NCBI GenBank assembly: GCA_030125685.1
Contig: JASJYA010000001.1
Coordinates: forward strand, 1 to 46,588
Length of the DNA: 46,588 bases
Reading direction: 5' to 3'
Origin: Actinomycetota bacterium
GTDB lineage: Bacteria > Actinomycetota > Acidimicrobiia > Spongiisociales > UBA5794
The notes under the pieces were generated by a model that was not told the origin of the DNA, did no database searches, and saw nothing but the letters and a program-made list of their open reading frames with translations. Positions 10,050-19,871 of the stretch are shown piece by piece. The position numbers and the translations under genes were made by a program. Within the stretch, counting starts at the first letter, position 1; each line of letters starts with the position of its first letter.

Positions 10050-10083
10050 GTCGTTTCCTGCACACTCACACGAAAGGACATTT

Positions 10084-11694
10084 GTGCAAGAGATTCGAGT
10101 TCTCGGCCCGCTCGCTAAAACGAAGGGCACCATGGATCCTGCCTTTGACCGGATCCTCACCAGCGAAGCACTCTCGTTCGTTGCTGATCTGCATCGTCTC
10201 TTTGACGCTCGTCGCATCGAGCTGCTAGCCAGAAGGGAAGTCCGACAGCAGGAACTCGACTCCGGGGCAGGCTTCGACTTTCTCCCCGACACCACCGCGA
10301 TCCGCGACGGCGAGTGGAGCGTCCGACCGGCGCCGCCTGATCTCCAGGACCGCAGATGTGAGATCACCGGGCCTACAGACCGCAAGATGGTCATCAACGC
10401 ACTCAACTCCGGGGCGAGAGTCTTCATGGCTGACTTCGAAGACTCCAACTCCCCCACATGGGACAACATGGTGCGGGGCCAGAGCAACCTATTCGACGCT
10501 GTCCGGAGACAGATCGACTTCACCGCAGACACAGGCAAGAGGTACGAACTCTCTCGTGCTTCTGCGACCCTCATGGTTCGCCCCCGTGGATGGCATCTCG
10601 TCGAGAAGCATATGGAAATCGATAAAATGCCCGCGTCCGCATCCCTCTTCGATTTCGGTCTCTACTTCTTCCACAACGCCAGGGAGCTCCTCGACCGAGG
10701 ATCAGGACCGTACTTCTACATTCCCAAGCTTGAGAGCAGGCTAGAGGCACGGCTTTGGAATGACGTGTTCCTCCGCGCTCAGGAGCAACTAGGCATCGCG
10801 GAAGGAACGATCAAAGCGACCGTGCTCATCGAGACGATTCCTGCAGCTTTCGAGATGGAGGAGATCCTCTACGAGTTGCGAGACCACTCAGCGGGACTCA
10901 ACGCGGGCCGATGGGACTACATATTTTCCGTGATCAAGAAGCATCGATCCCGCGCGGGGTTCGCGCTGCCTGATCGCGGGCAGATCTCGATGACGGCGCC
11001 GTTCATGCGCTCCTACACCGAGCTACTCGTCAAGACCTGCCACAAACGAGGCGCCTTTGCCATGGGTGGCATGGCTGCGTTCATCCCGTCACGAAAAGAT
11101 GAAGAAGTGAACCGGATCGCGTTCGCCAAGGTCGCGGAGGACAAGAAACGCGAGGCGGCCGACGGTTGCGACGGAACCTGGGTTGCGCACCCCGATCTCG
11201 TTCCCCTGGTCACGGACATCTTCACCGAAGTACTCGGCGACGCCCCGAACCAGCTCGGGAGGCAGCGACAGGATGTCAGTGTCACAGCAAGCGACCTCAC
11301 ACAATTCACGATCGAAGGCGCCACGATCACCGAGAGCGGTGTCCGCCAGAATGTGGACGTTGCTATCCAGTACATCGCCTCCTGGCTCCGAGGCACGGGA
11401 GCGGCGGCGATCTACAACCTCATGGAGGACGTCGCTACCGCCGAGATCTCGCGATCCCAGATCTGGCAGTGGGTCCGGTCGGAATCCGTGACCATCGAAG
11501 GTGTCGCGATCACGCCGTCGTACGTGAACAAGATCGCGGATGAGGAGACGGAACGGCTCCGCGCTGAACTCGGACATGAGATGTACAAGGTTTCGCGCCT
11601 CGATGAGGCCCGAGTCCTCTTCACAGACGTAGCCCTCGCTGACGACTTCCCTGACTTCCTGACCCTGCCCGCATACGACGTCCTCGAGAACTGA
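10084..11694 (+). CDS. aceB: malate synthase A
   Basis: [33 protein letters not shown] and overall malate synthase A layout. Start refined to GTG 10084 (AAAGGA 5 nt upstream). The ORF track starts at TTG 10021, inside the operator-like AT-rich region. Confidence 0.9.
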   Translation: MQEIRVLGPLAKTKGTMDPAFDRILTSEALSFVADLHRLFDARRIELLARREVRQQELDSGAGFDFLPDTTAIRDGEWSVRPAPPDLQDRRCEITGPTDRKMVINALNSGARVFMADFEDSNSPTWDNMVRGQSNLFDAVRRQIDFTADTGKRYELSRASATLMVRPRGWHLVEKHMEIDKMPASASLFDFGLYFFHNARELLDRGSGPYFYIPKLESRLEARLWNDVFLRAQEQLGIAEGTIKATVLIETIPAAFEMEEILYELRDHSAGLNAGRWDYIFSVIKKHRSRAGFALPDRGQISMTAPFMRSYTELLVKTCHKRGAFAMGGMAAFIPSRKDEEVNRIAFAKVAEDKKREAADGCDGTWVAHPDLVPLVTDIFTEVLGDAPNQLGRQRQDVSVTASDLTQFTIEGATITESGVRQNVDVAIQYIASWLRGTGAAAIYNLMEDVATAEISRSQIWQWVRSESVTIEGVAITPSYVNKIADEETERLRAELGHEMYKVSRLDEARVLFTDVALADDFPDFLTLPAYDVLEN

Positions 11695-11722
11695 CCACCC
11701 GGTCCCAACCATTGGAAGGAAC

Positions 11723-13012
11723 ATGACCAACAAGAACGCTATCGCCCAGCGAGCGGAAGATATCAGAAAGGACTGGGAGTCCAACCCCAGGTGGAAAGGC
11801 ATCGAGCGGGGGTACTCCCCCGAGAACGTCGTTCGGTTGCAGGGTTCGTTCCTCGAAGAGCACACGATCGCTTCGATGATGGCGGACAAGCTCTGGGAGG
11901 AACTCCACTCCAGGGATTTCGTGAGCGCTCTCGGTGCAATGACCGGCGGCCAGGCCGTGCAGATGGTCAAGGCGGGGCTTCCTGCGATCTACCTCTCAGG
12001 CTGGCAGGTCGCTGCGGACGCGAACCTGGCGGGATCTGTCTATCCGGACCAGTCGCTCTATCCGGCAAACTCTGCTCCGGCTCTCGTGGAGCGAATCAAC
12101 AACGCCCTCCGACGAGCAGACGAGATTGAGTGGTCCGAGGGGGATGGATCGAGGGAGTGGATGGTCCCAATCATCGCGGACGCCGAGTCTGGTTTCGGGG
12201 GCTCGCTCAACGTGTTCGAGCTCACCAAGGCTTTCATCCGATCCGGGGCCGCAGCGGTTCACCTCGAAGACCAACTGTCGTCAGAGAAGAAGTGCGGGCA
12301 CATGGGTGGCAAGGTTCTCATTCCAACGTCGCAGCATGTGCGAACCCTCAAGTCTGCGAGGCTTGCCGCAGACGTGATGGGAGTTCCAACGCTCGTCGTG
12401 GCGAGGACCGACTCGCTCGGGGCCACACTGCTGACCACTGATGTGGACGAAAGGGATCATCAGTTCCTAACGGGTGAACGCACTACTGACGGGTTCTACG
12501 GCGTCCGCAACGGCTTCGAGGCCGCGGTCAGTCGTTGCCTCGCCTATGCGCCATACGCGGATCTCATCTGGTGCGAGACGTCGACTCCCGATCTTGGAGA
12601 AGCAGCCGCATTCGCCGAAGCGATCCATGCCGAGTACCCGGACAAGATGCTTGCATACAACTGCTCGCCCTCGTTCAACTGGAAGCGCCATCTCGACGAT
12701 GCGACCATTGCCACCTTCCAGAAGGAGCTGGCCGGAATGGGCTACCGCTTCCAGTTCATCACCCTGGCAGGATTCCACGCCCTCAACGCAACAATGTTCG
12801 AGCTCGCCTCGGGCTACGCCGAGCGTGGCATGGAGGCCTACGTCGAGCTCCAGGAGGCCGAGTTCGCGATGGAGAGCGCCGGATACACCGCTACACGCCA
12901 TCAGCGAGAGGTGGGCGCCGGATACTTCGACCAGGTCTCCCAGGTGATCTCTGGCGGCATGTCCTCAACCCTCGCGCTCGAAGGTTCCACCGAGGAGGAA
13001 CAGTTTGCTTAA
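11723..13012 (+). CDS. aceA: isocitrate lyase
   Basis: Catalytic signature [17 protein letters not shown]. Lies 28 nt downstream of aceB with a GGAAGGA Shine-Dalgarno sequence. Confidence 0.95.
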   Translation: MTNKNAIAQRAEDIRKDWESNPRWKGIERGYSPENVVRLQGSFLEEHTIASMMADKLWEELHSRDFVSALGAMTGGQAVQMVKAGLPAIYLSGWQVAADANLAGSVYPDQSLYPANSAPALVERINNALRRADEIEWSEGDGSREWMVPIIADAESGFGGSLNVFELTKAFIRSGAAAVHLEDQLSSEKKCGHMGGKVLIPTSQHVRTLKSARLAADVMGVPTLVVARTDSLGATLLTTDVDERDHQFLTGERTTDGFYGVRNGFEAAVSRCLAYAPYADLIWCETSTPDLGEAAAFAEAIHAEYPDKMLAYNCSPSFNWKRHLDDATIATFQKELAGMGYRFQFITLAGFHALNATMFELASGYAERGMEAYVELQEAEFAMESAGYTATRHQREVGAGYFDQVSQVISGGMSSTLALEGSTEEEQFA

Positions 13013-13034
13013 CAGGAGACAGGAGACAGGGAGG
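13013..13034. repeat. tandem heptamer array CAGGAGA/CAGGAGA/CAGGGAG
   Basis: Read directly. It starts immediately after the aceA TAA and fills the 24-nt convergent spacer. The unit is the reverse complement of the CCTGTCT-type unit at 23884. Confidence 0.9.
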
Positions 13035-13036
13035 AA

Positions 13037-14164
13037 TCAGATACCGATGGCGTCTGCGAGGCGGTCCCGGTAGGAGTCGACGGAACCGAGGAGAAGTGAC
13101 GTGGACTTCGCTCGCTTGAGATAGAGGTGGGCATCGTGCTCCCATGTGAACCCGATACCACCGAGGATCTGGATCGTGTCTCCCGACGCCTTCACGAACG
13201 CGTCCGAGCAGACAGACTTTGCGAGCGGCACGGCGATCTTCGATTCGTCCGCATCATCGAGCGCCCGTGCGGCGTGCAATGCCGCAGATTTGGCGTGCTC
13301 GACGGCGACGAGCATGTCAGCGCACATGTGCTTGATCGCTTGAAACGATCCAATGGCACGCCCGAACTGGAAGCGGTTCTTCGCATACTCAACGGAGATC
13401 TCAAGGCAGCGCTGTGCACCGGCGGCCTGTTCCTGCGCCAGGGCGACAACACCCACATCGAGAGCCTTCCTGACAGCGCCGGAGTTCGGCTCGCCACCGA
13501 GGTAGGCGTCTGCATGAACGAACACACTATCAAGCACCACCTCACCGAGTGGACGCGTCGCGTCGAGTGAAGGCGAAGCGGCCACCGTGACGCCCTGCGT
13601 GTCGCTGTCAACTACGAAGAGCCCCACTCCGTCATCAGTCGCGGCGGAGATGACGAACACCTCGGCATGAGGAGCGTCAGTGACGTAGCGCTTGACCCCT
13701 GAGATTCGCCATCCGTCGCCGTCCCGAGCGGCTTCCGTCCGGATTTCAAGAAGATCGTGAGGATCCTCAAAGATCGCGAGAGATGCGATGCGCTCGCCCG
13801 ACGCGATTGCCGGGAGGTATTCGGCTCTCTGGCTCTCTGTGCCTGCCGCGAGAACCGCAGCCGCGGCGATGACCGAGGAGAGGAGCGGGACAGGTACGAG
13901 GCGGCGACCGAGTTCCTCGAACACGATCGCGGTCTCGACGAAGGAGTAACCCGCGCCGCCGTACTCCTCGGGGATGTGAAGACCGAGGACACCCATCTGC
14001 GCGAGTCCGTTCCAGACCGCTCGATCGATTGCAGTGTTCGAGAGTGAAGCCTCCCGAACCGAGTCCATGTCTGCCGTCGACTCGAGAAGCTCACGTACAG
14101 TTGCGGCGAGCATCGCCTGCTCCTCGGTGCGGGTGAACGTGATGATCTCAACCACGCGGCACAT
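13037..14164 (-). CDS. acyl-CoA dehydrogenase family protein (downstream member of an adjacent pair)
   Basis: ACAD fold motifs including IQILGGIGFTWEHDAHLYLKRAK. Start set to ATG 14164 (GTG 14155 is an alternative), overlapping the upstream ACAD stop at 14148-14150. Confidence 0.8.
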   Translation of the reverse strand: MCRVVEIITFTRTEEQAMLAATVRELLESTADMDSVREASLSNTAIDRAVWNGLAQMGVLGLHIPEEYGGAGYSFVETAIVFEELGRRLVPVPLLSSVIAAAAVLAAGTESQRAEYLPAIASGERIASLAIFEDPHDLLEIRTEAARDGDGWRISGVKRYVTDAPHAEVFVISAATDDGVGLFVVDSDTQGVTVAASPSLDATRPLGEVVLDSVFVHADAYLGGEPNSGAVRKALDVGVVALAQEQAAGAQRCLEISVEYAKNRFQFGRAIGSFQAIKHMCADMLVAVEHAKSAALHAARALDDADESKIAVPLAKSVCSDAFVKASGDTIQILGGIGFTWEHDAHLYLKRAKSTSLLLGSVDSYRDRLADAIGI

Positions 14165-15353
14165 CCTTCCATGGAAGATCCTTGTCGACACGCGGCTCAC
14201 CCGGCAATCCGAGAACCCGTTCACCAAGGATGTTCCTCATGATCTCCGACGTGCCCCCTTCAATGCTGTTCGCTCGCGCTCTCAGGAACGCACGCTGGGG
14301 GCTCATCACTCGTTCAACTTCTCGGGTGTCATAGGTCGTCGGATCGAGCGAGTATCCCTCAGGGATCGTCGCCCCGTCGAATCCGAGCATCGACACCGTG
14401 AACGACGTCACTTCCTTGTTGAGGTCGGCCCAAGCGAGTTTCGCGGTTGATCCCTCTGGGCCGGGAACCCCTGCTTGCATGTTCTCCGCGGCCCGAAGCG
14501 TGGTGAGGCGGAACGCCTCAACCTCACCCCAGAGGCGAGCGAGTTCCCTTCGCGTAGCGACGTCTCCTGATCCCGACTCGTTCCACACGTCCATCGCGAC
14601 TCCGACGGCGCCATCGCTGCGAGGGAATGTACGCCCACCGATCGCAACTCGCTCATTCATCAGGGTCGTCATCACAACTCGCCACCCAGCACCGACATCA
14701 TCGATGCGCTGGTCATCCGGAATGTGGACATCGTCGAAAAATACGTCATTGAATTCAGCTTCTCCCGTGATCTGATACAGAGGCCGGATGTCAACGCCCT
14801 CGGCTTCCATATCCACGATGAAGTAGGTCATGCCTCGATGTTTCGGCTGGTCAGGATCGGTCCGCGTGACAACCATCCCCCACTTCGAGAGGTGCGCAAG
14901 CGTCGTCCAGGTCTTCTGGCCGTTGACAACCCATTCGTCGCCGTCGCGTACCGCCCTCGTGGCGAGGCTCGCGATATCAGAGCCTGCGCCCGGCTCTGAG
15001 AACATCTGGCACCAGATTTCGTCCATCGTGAACATGGGCCGGAGCCAACGCTTTCGCTGGTCTTGGGTGCCGTGTGTGACGAGGACACCTGCACCCATGC
15101 CGATGCCGAGGATGTTCGCCGTCGTATTCCACGTCTCGGCGCCCGCCTCGGCTAACCGCCTCGAAACCAGTTCACGGTGGCTAGGGCTTACCCCGAGACC
15201 CCCGTCTCCCTTCGGGAAATCAACCCAGGCCAACCCCGCATCGAACTGTGCGCCCCAGAAAGCCTTGGCGTCGGTACGAGACGGTGGGAATTGGCTGAGG
15301 AGGGTGTCGATAGCGTCGTTGACATCCGCCGCCTGATCGTCAAGCGATGTCAA
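14148..15353 (-). CDS. acyl-CoA dehydrogenase
   Basis: FSEPGAGSDIASL, WTTLAH and C-terminal IEGGTSEIMRNILGE motifs of ACADs. Its start makes a 4-nt overlap with the upstream MaoC gene. Confidence 0.85.
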   Translation of the reverse strand: MTSLDDQAADVNDAIDTLLSQFPPSRTDAKAFWGAQFDAGLAWVDFPKGDGGLGVSPSHRELVSRRLAEAGAETWNTTANILGIGMGAGVLVTHGTQDQRKRWLRPMFTMDEIWCQMFSEPGAGSDIASLATRAVRDGDEWVVNGQKTWTTLAHLSKWGMVVTRTDPDQPKHRGMTYFIVDMEAEGVDIRPLYQITGEAEFNDVFFDDVHIPDDQRIDDVGAGWRVVMTTLMNERVAIGGRTFPRSDGAVGVAMDVWNESGSGDVATRRELARLWGEVEAFRLTTLRAAENMQAGVPGPEGSTAKLAWADLNKEVTSFTVSMLGFDGATIPEGYSLDPTTYDTREVERVMSPQRAFLRARANSIEGGTSEIMRNILGERVLGLPGEPRVDKDLPWKDVPRG

Positions 15354-15817
15354 CCTGGTTGCCCCAGAAAGGCGAGAGTCAGGAGGTCCGCGACGAGGGC
15401 CGGTTTCTCCTGACCTTCGATCTCAACCGTCACAGTGTTCGTGATGAGGATCTGGCCAGGCGACTTTTCTCGAACTGCCTTGAGCACGGAGATCGCCCTG
15501 ACTTTTGAATCGACAGCGACCGGATTGAGGAATCGCACCTTGTCCGTGCCGTAGTTCAGGTACATCACGGCCCCTTCCGGCAGCACCATTCCTTCGGAGG
15601 AGAGATAGCTCAGCAACGACAGCGTCAGGAATCCGTGAGCGATGGTCGTACCGAACGGTCCCTGCGCCGCGGCGTCAGGGTCGGTGTGGATCCACTGATG
15701 GTCGACGGTCGCCTCAGCGAACTGGTCGATCCGATCCTGATCGATCGTGAACCAGTCCGATCGCCCGGTCTCGGTCCCCACGTGATCTTGGAGTTCATCA
15801 GCCGGTAGTACACGCAT
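15350..15817 (-). CDS. MaoC-like (R)-specific enoyl-CoA hydratase (hot-dog fold)
   Basis: 155 aa with DPDAAAQGPFGTTIAHGFLTLSLL, typical of MaoC dehydratase domains. Confidence 0.85.
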   Translation of the reverse strand: MRVLPADELQDHVGTETGRSDWFTIDQDRIDQFAEATVDHQWIHTDPDAAAQGPFGTTIAHGFLTLSLLSYLSSEGMVLPEGAVMYLNYGTDKVRFLNPVAVDSKVRAISVLKAVREKSPGQILITNTVTVEIEGQEKPALVADLLTLAFLGQPG

Positions 15818-15829
15818 TGGATCCTCTGC

Positions 15830-15878
15830 TTTCGATTTTCGGATCTTGGATTTCGGATTTCGGATCTCGGCCTACGGT
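15830..15878. repeat. tandem heptamer array, 7 units, consensus TYTCGGA
   Basis: TTTCGAT TTTCGGA TCTTGGA TTTCGGA TTTCGGA TCTCGGC CTACGGT, read directly in the divergent maoC/SDR spacer. Confidence 0.9.
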
Positions 15879-15919
15879 ACTACTACCTGGGATGATGCTC
15901 AGATGGAGGAGGCCGGAAC

Positions 15920-16702
15920 ATGGAGATAGAAGGGCGCATCGCAGTCATTACGGGAGGTGGCAGCGGCATCGGCGCCGCGATGGCCCGCCGATTCGCAGTG
16001 GAGGGCGCCAAGAAGGTGATCATCGTCGATCTGGACGGCGACGCCGCTCACTACGTCGCGTCTGACATCGACGGTGGCGCCTTCACTCTCGATGTCACGG
16101 ACGAGCAGGCAACCATCGACGTACTGACTCAGGTAGAGCGCGAGCACGGTCGTATCGACATCCTCTGTCTCAACGCAGGAATTCCGACCGACGGGTCGGT
16201 TGACGCATCCAACGAAGACTGGCAAAGAACCTGGGATGTCAACGTCATGGCCCACGTGTACGCCACACGCCACACGCTGCCCGGCATGCTCGCGCGGGGC
16301 GAGGGCTACATCGTCACCACCGCTTCCGCTGCCGGGCTGCTCACCAACGTCGGAGCTGCTCCGTACTCCGTCACGAAGCACGCCGCCGTTGCACTCGCCG
16401 AGTGGCTCTCGGTGACCTACGGCAGCCGGGGCATCGGCGTCTCCTGCCTGTGCCCGATGTTCGTTGACACTCCGATGCTCGATGCCTTCGCAGGCCACAC
16501 AGACGAGATGCGCGGCTGGGTCGAAAGCCTGGCCATCGATGTTGACGACGTCGCCGAAGCGGTTGTCGAAGCCATTCGCAGCGAGTCGTTCCTCATCCTC
16601 CCCCACCCAATCGTCCTCGACTACTTCCAGCGGAAAGCCCTCGACTACGACCGCTGGATCAGAGGCATGCAGGATCTGAGCGACCGGCTGACGACACCGT
16701 GA
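15920..16702 (+). CDS. SDR family oxidoreductase
   Basis: VITGGGSGIGAAMARRFA cofactor motif and YSVTKHA catalytic YxxxK. GGAGGAGG lies 8 nt upstream of the ATG. Confidence 0.8.
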   Translation: MEIEGRIAVITGGGSGIGAAMARRFAVEGAKKVIIVDLDGDAAHYVASDIDGGAFTLDVTDEQATIDVLTQVEREHGRIDILCLNAGIPTDGSVDASNEDWQRTWDVNVMAHVYATRHTLPGMLARGEGYIVTTASAAGLLTNVGAAPYSVTKHAAVALAEWLSVTYGSRGIGVSCLCPMFVDTPMLDAFAGHTDEMRGWVESLAIDVDDVAEAVVEAIRSESFLILPHPIVLDYFQRKALDYDRWIRGMQDLSDRLTTP

Positions 16703-16704
16703 GG

Positions 16705-16739
16705 CACCGTAGACCGCTGACCGTTGACCGCTGACGGTT
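16705..16739. repeat. tandem heptamer array, about 5 units, consensus GACCGYT
   Basis: CACCGTA GACCGCT GACCGTT GACCGCT GACGGTT. It fills the convergent spacer between the SDR stop (16702) and the QOR stop (16739). Confidence 0.9.
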
Positions 16740-17722
16740 TACCTGTCCACCCGCAAGACAATCTTGCCCATCGCCCTGCGTGAGGCGAGGAGTTCATAGG
16801 CGTCGATGACTCGTTCAAGTGGAAATGTCTCGGTTATCGGAGGTTTCAACTCGCCTCCAACGATCAGGCGCGAGATCTCCGTGAGATTCGCTGCGGCGGT
16901 GTGAGGCTCGCGAGCGATAAACGATCCCCAGAACACACCGATGATCGACGCCCCTTTCAAGAGAGGAAGATTCAAGGGCAGTCTTGGAATGTCGCCGGCC
17001 GTGAATCCCACGACAAGGTAGCGCCCATTCCAGGCGATCGCTCGAAAAGCGGATTCGGCAAAGTCGCCGCCGACAGGGTCGTAAATGACGTCTGCACCAT
17101 CGCTCCCAGTGATCTCCATGACCCTCGACTTAAGATCCTCGGTGATGTAGTCGATTGTGTGGTCGGCCCCGATGGAGCGACAGAATTCGAGCTTCTCATC
17201 GCTGCTCGCCGCCGCTATGACCGTGGCGCCCAACACCTTTCCGATCTCAATGGCAGCAGAGCCAACGCCTCCGGCGGCGCCCAGCACAAGAAGCGTCTCA
17301 CCCGAAGCAAGCCGGCCCCGCTGCACGAGGGCGTGATAAGAGGTGCCGTAGGCCATCGTCATTGATGCTGCCGTCTCGAAGCCGATCTCGTCTGGAATCG
17401 GTATCGCCGTGCTTTCGTCGACAACCCGCAGCGGAGCAAACGCGCCCACTACACCGACCGACGTCACCCGACGGCCTACCGAAAGGCCGGAGACTCCTTC
17501 ACCGAGGGCTACGATCACACCCGCTGCCTCGGTGCCGGGAACGAACGGCGGCTCAGGCTTGAACTGGTACTCGCCCCGAATGACGAGCAAGTCGGGAAAG
17601 TTGAGGCTCGCTGCGTGGACATCGATGAGCACCTGGCCCGGCGCTGGCGCCGGGTCGGTTACATCGTCCAGGATCAGCTTCTCATGGGAACCGTATTCGG
17701 TACACAGGACCGCCCGCATCAA
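16739..17722 (-). CDS. NADPH:quinone oxidoreductase / zeta-crystallin-type MDR
   Basis: MDR layout with [23 protein letters not shown] 4-nt overlap links it to the thiolase gene. Confidence 0.85.
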   Translation of the reverse strand: MMRAVLCTEYGSHEKLILDDVTDPAPAPGQVLIDVHAASLNFPDLLVIRGEYQFKPEPPFVPGTEAAGVIVALGEGVSGLSVGRRVTSVGVVGAFAPLRVVDESTAIPIPDEIGFETAASMTMAYGTSYHALVQRGRLASGETLLVLGAAGGVGSAAIEIGKVLGATVIAAASSDEKLEFCRSIGADHTIDYITEDLKSRVMEITGSDGADVIYDPVGGDFAESAFRAIAWNGRYLVVGFTAGDIPRLPLNLPLLKGASIIGVFWGSFIAREPHTAAANLTEISRLIVGGELKPPITETFPLERVIDAYELLASRRAMGKIVLRVDR

Positions 17723-18900
17723 GCTACCTCAAACAGGCCTGCTGCGCCCATGCCACCTCCGACACACATCGTAGACACGACGTACTTGGCCCCGCGACGC
17801 TTTCCTTCGATGAGCGCGTGCATCACCATCCGTGCGCCGCTCATGCCATAGGGATGCCCTATCGAAATTGCGCCGCCGTCGACGTTCAGCTTCTCATCCG
17901 GTATGCCTAGTTCGTCTCTGCAATACAGCACCTGAACCGCGAACGCCTCGTTGAGCTCCCACAAGTCGATGTCGTCCATAGTGAGACCAGCCTTGTCGAG
18001 GAGCTTCGGCACCGCGAAGACAGGCCCGATACCCATGATGTCCGGGTCGACTCCGGCCACGGCCATACCCCTGTAGTAGCCCAGCGGCTCGAGTCCTCGA
18101 TCGTGGGCGATGTCGGCATCCATCACGACCATCGCCGCGGCGCCATCCGACAACTGGCTCGCGTTCCCCGCCGTGATCACACCGCCTTCGTTCACGGTAC
18201 GCAAATCCCGCAGACCTTCGAGTGTCGTCGAAGGACGGCTGCCCTCGTCTTTGGTGAGCGTCACCTCCTCAAAGGTCGTCTCTCCAGTTTCGCGATCCAT
18301 CACCTGTTTCGTCGCAGTAACGGGCACGATCTCGTCATCGAAGGCGCCGGCTTCCTGGGCCGCTGCTGTCCGCATCTGAGATCGGTATCCGTACGCATCC
18401 TGTGCCTCACGCGATATCCCGAACCGCTCGGCGACGACTTCGGCCGTTGCAATCATTGGAAGGTACGCCGACGGATGGAGAGCGATGAGAGCCGGATCGA
18501 TCATTCTGAACATGTTCGTATGCTCATTCTGCGCGAGCGAGATCGATTCGACGCCACCAGCCACAACGACCCGCATGCCGTCAACCATGATCTGTTTGGC
18601 TGCGGTGGCGATCGCCATCATGCCCGACGAACACTGCCGGTCGATTGTCATGCCACTCACCGAAGTAGGCAGTCCTGCCCTGAGCGCCGCCAGCCTCCCG
18701 ATGTTGAGGAACTGGGTTCCCTGGGCCATGGCGCATCCCATGATGACGTCATCAACCTCGGTCGGGTCGATGCCCGCACGCTCTACAGCCGCTTCGATCG
18801 GAACAGCACCGAGACTCGGCGCCTCGAGATTGTTGAATGCCCCTCGGTACGCCTTGCCAATCGGCGTACGTGCCGCCGATACGATCACCGCTTCTTTCAT
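17719..18900 (-). CDS. acetyl-CoA C-acyltransferase (thiolase)
   Basis: Active-site Cys context [11 protein letters not shown], plus [19 protein letters not shown] and [13 protein letters not shown]. Confidence 0.9.
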   Translation of the reverse strand: MKEAVIVSAARTPIGKAYRGAFNNLEAPSLGAVPIEAAVERAGIDPTEVDDVIMGCAMAQGTQFLNIGRLAALRAGLPTSVSGMTIDRQCSSGMMAIATAAKQIMVDGMRVVVAGGVESISLAQNEHTNMFRMIDPALIALHPSAYLPMIATAEVVAERFGISREAQDAYGYRSQMRTAAAQEAGAFDDEIVPVTATKQVMDRETGETTFEEVTLTKDEGSRPSTTLEGLRDLRTVNEGGVITAGNASQLSDGAAAMVVMDADIAHDRGLEPLGYYRGMAVAGVDPDIMGIGPVFAVPKLLDKAGLTMDDIDLWELNEAFAVQVLYCRDELGIPDEKLNVDGGAISIGHPYGMSGARMVMHALIEGKRRGAKYVVSTMCVGGGMGAAGLFEVA

Positions 18901-18908
18901 GATTCTCC

Positions 18909-19823
18909 TCAGCTCTTGTCCTGGAGGCCTGTCATGGCCATTTGCAGGAATTTCATCGACTGTTCGGCGCCACCGGCGAACTCCTGATTTCCCTCCGGAT
19001 CCCGAATCTCGTCGAACCGTTCAGCGATGGTTTCCGGTGTCCGCTCGCCAGGCGGTAGCCAGACGCCTGCAGTCTCAAAGATGCCTGCGGTGGCAAATCC
19101 TCCGGCGCCCGCCGTTAGCACTACGCCGTTCGGAGCGTCCTTCGATACAAGGAACAGCGCACCAGGGGTTACTTCTTCCGGTTTTAGAAGAGCTTTCGCC
19201 TCGTCTGGCAGCAGGTCGTCCGTCATGCGGGTGTGAGCGACGGGAGCAAGCGCGTTGACGCGGATGTCGTATCTCGCTCCCTCTGTGCGCAGGGTGTTCA
19301 TCAGCCCGACGACGGCGAGCTTCGCCGCGCCGTAGTTCGCCTGACCGAAGTTCCCGTAGAGACCTGAAGACGATGTCGTGACCATGATTCGACCGTAGTT
19401 CCGCTCTCTCATCCGCTCCCAGACGGCCTTGGTACAGATCACGGTTCCGGTGAGGTGAACCTTGACGACGAGATCGAAATCAGCCTGGTCCATCTTGACG
19501 AACGACTTGTCGCGCAGGATGCCTGCGTTGTTGATGAGAACATCGACTCGTCCCCAGCGCTCGACGGCGTCCCTCACCATTGCCTCGACGGCATCCCCAT
19601 CGGTGACGTCCGCTCCATTAGCGACGGCCTCACCCCCCGCAGCCTCGATCTCAGCCACCACAGCCGCAGCGGCCTCCGAGGATGCACCCGTCCCGTCCCG
19701 TGTCACACCGAGATCGTTCACTACGATTCGCGCCCCGCGCTCTGCGAGGGCAAGAGCGTAGGATCGACCGAGACCTTGGCCTGCACCGGTGACGATCGCG
19801 ACTTGTTCATCGAATGTGATCAT
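18909..19823 (-). CDS. SDR, MFE-2-type (3R)-hydroxyacyl-CoA dehydrogenase-like
   Basis: [29 protein letters not shown] and YGAAKLA. Start refined to ATG 19823 (AGGAG 7 nt upstream). The ORF track extends to TTG 19886, across repeat DNA. Confidence 0.8.
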   Translation of the reverse strand: MITFDEQVAIVTGAGQGLGRSYALALAERGARIVVNDLGVTRDGTGASSEAAAAVVAEIEAAGGEAVANGADVTDGDAVEAMVRDAVERWGRVDVLINNAGILRDKSFVKMDQADFDLVVKVHLTGTVICTKAVWERMRERNYGRIMVTTSSSGLYGNFGQANYGAAKLAVVGLMNTLRTEGARYDIRVNALAPVAHTRMTDDLLPDEAKALLKPEEVTPGALFLVSKDAPNGVVLTAGAGGFATAGIFETAGVWLPPGERTPETIAERFDEIRDPEGNQEFAGGAEQSMKFLQMAMTGLQDKS

Positions 19824-19871
19824 GGCCATACTCCTATCGGTTGATCGCCCACATGCTACGCAACTACTGAC

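Noticed and set aside
10021-10083. The ORF-track TTG start of aceB at 10021.
   Set aside because: The extension would translate the AT-rich operator region. GTG 10084 has a proper SD and gives an N-terminus matching malate synthase A proteins.
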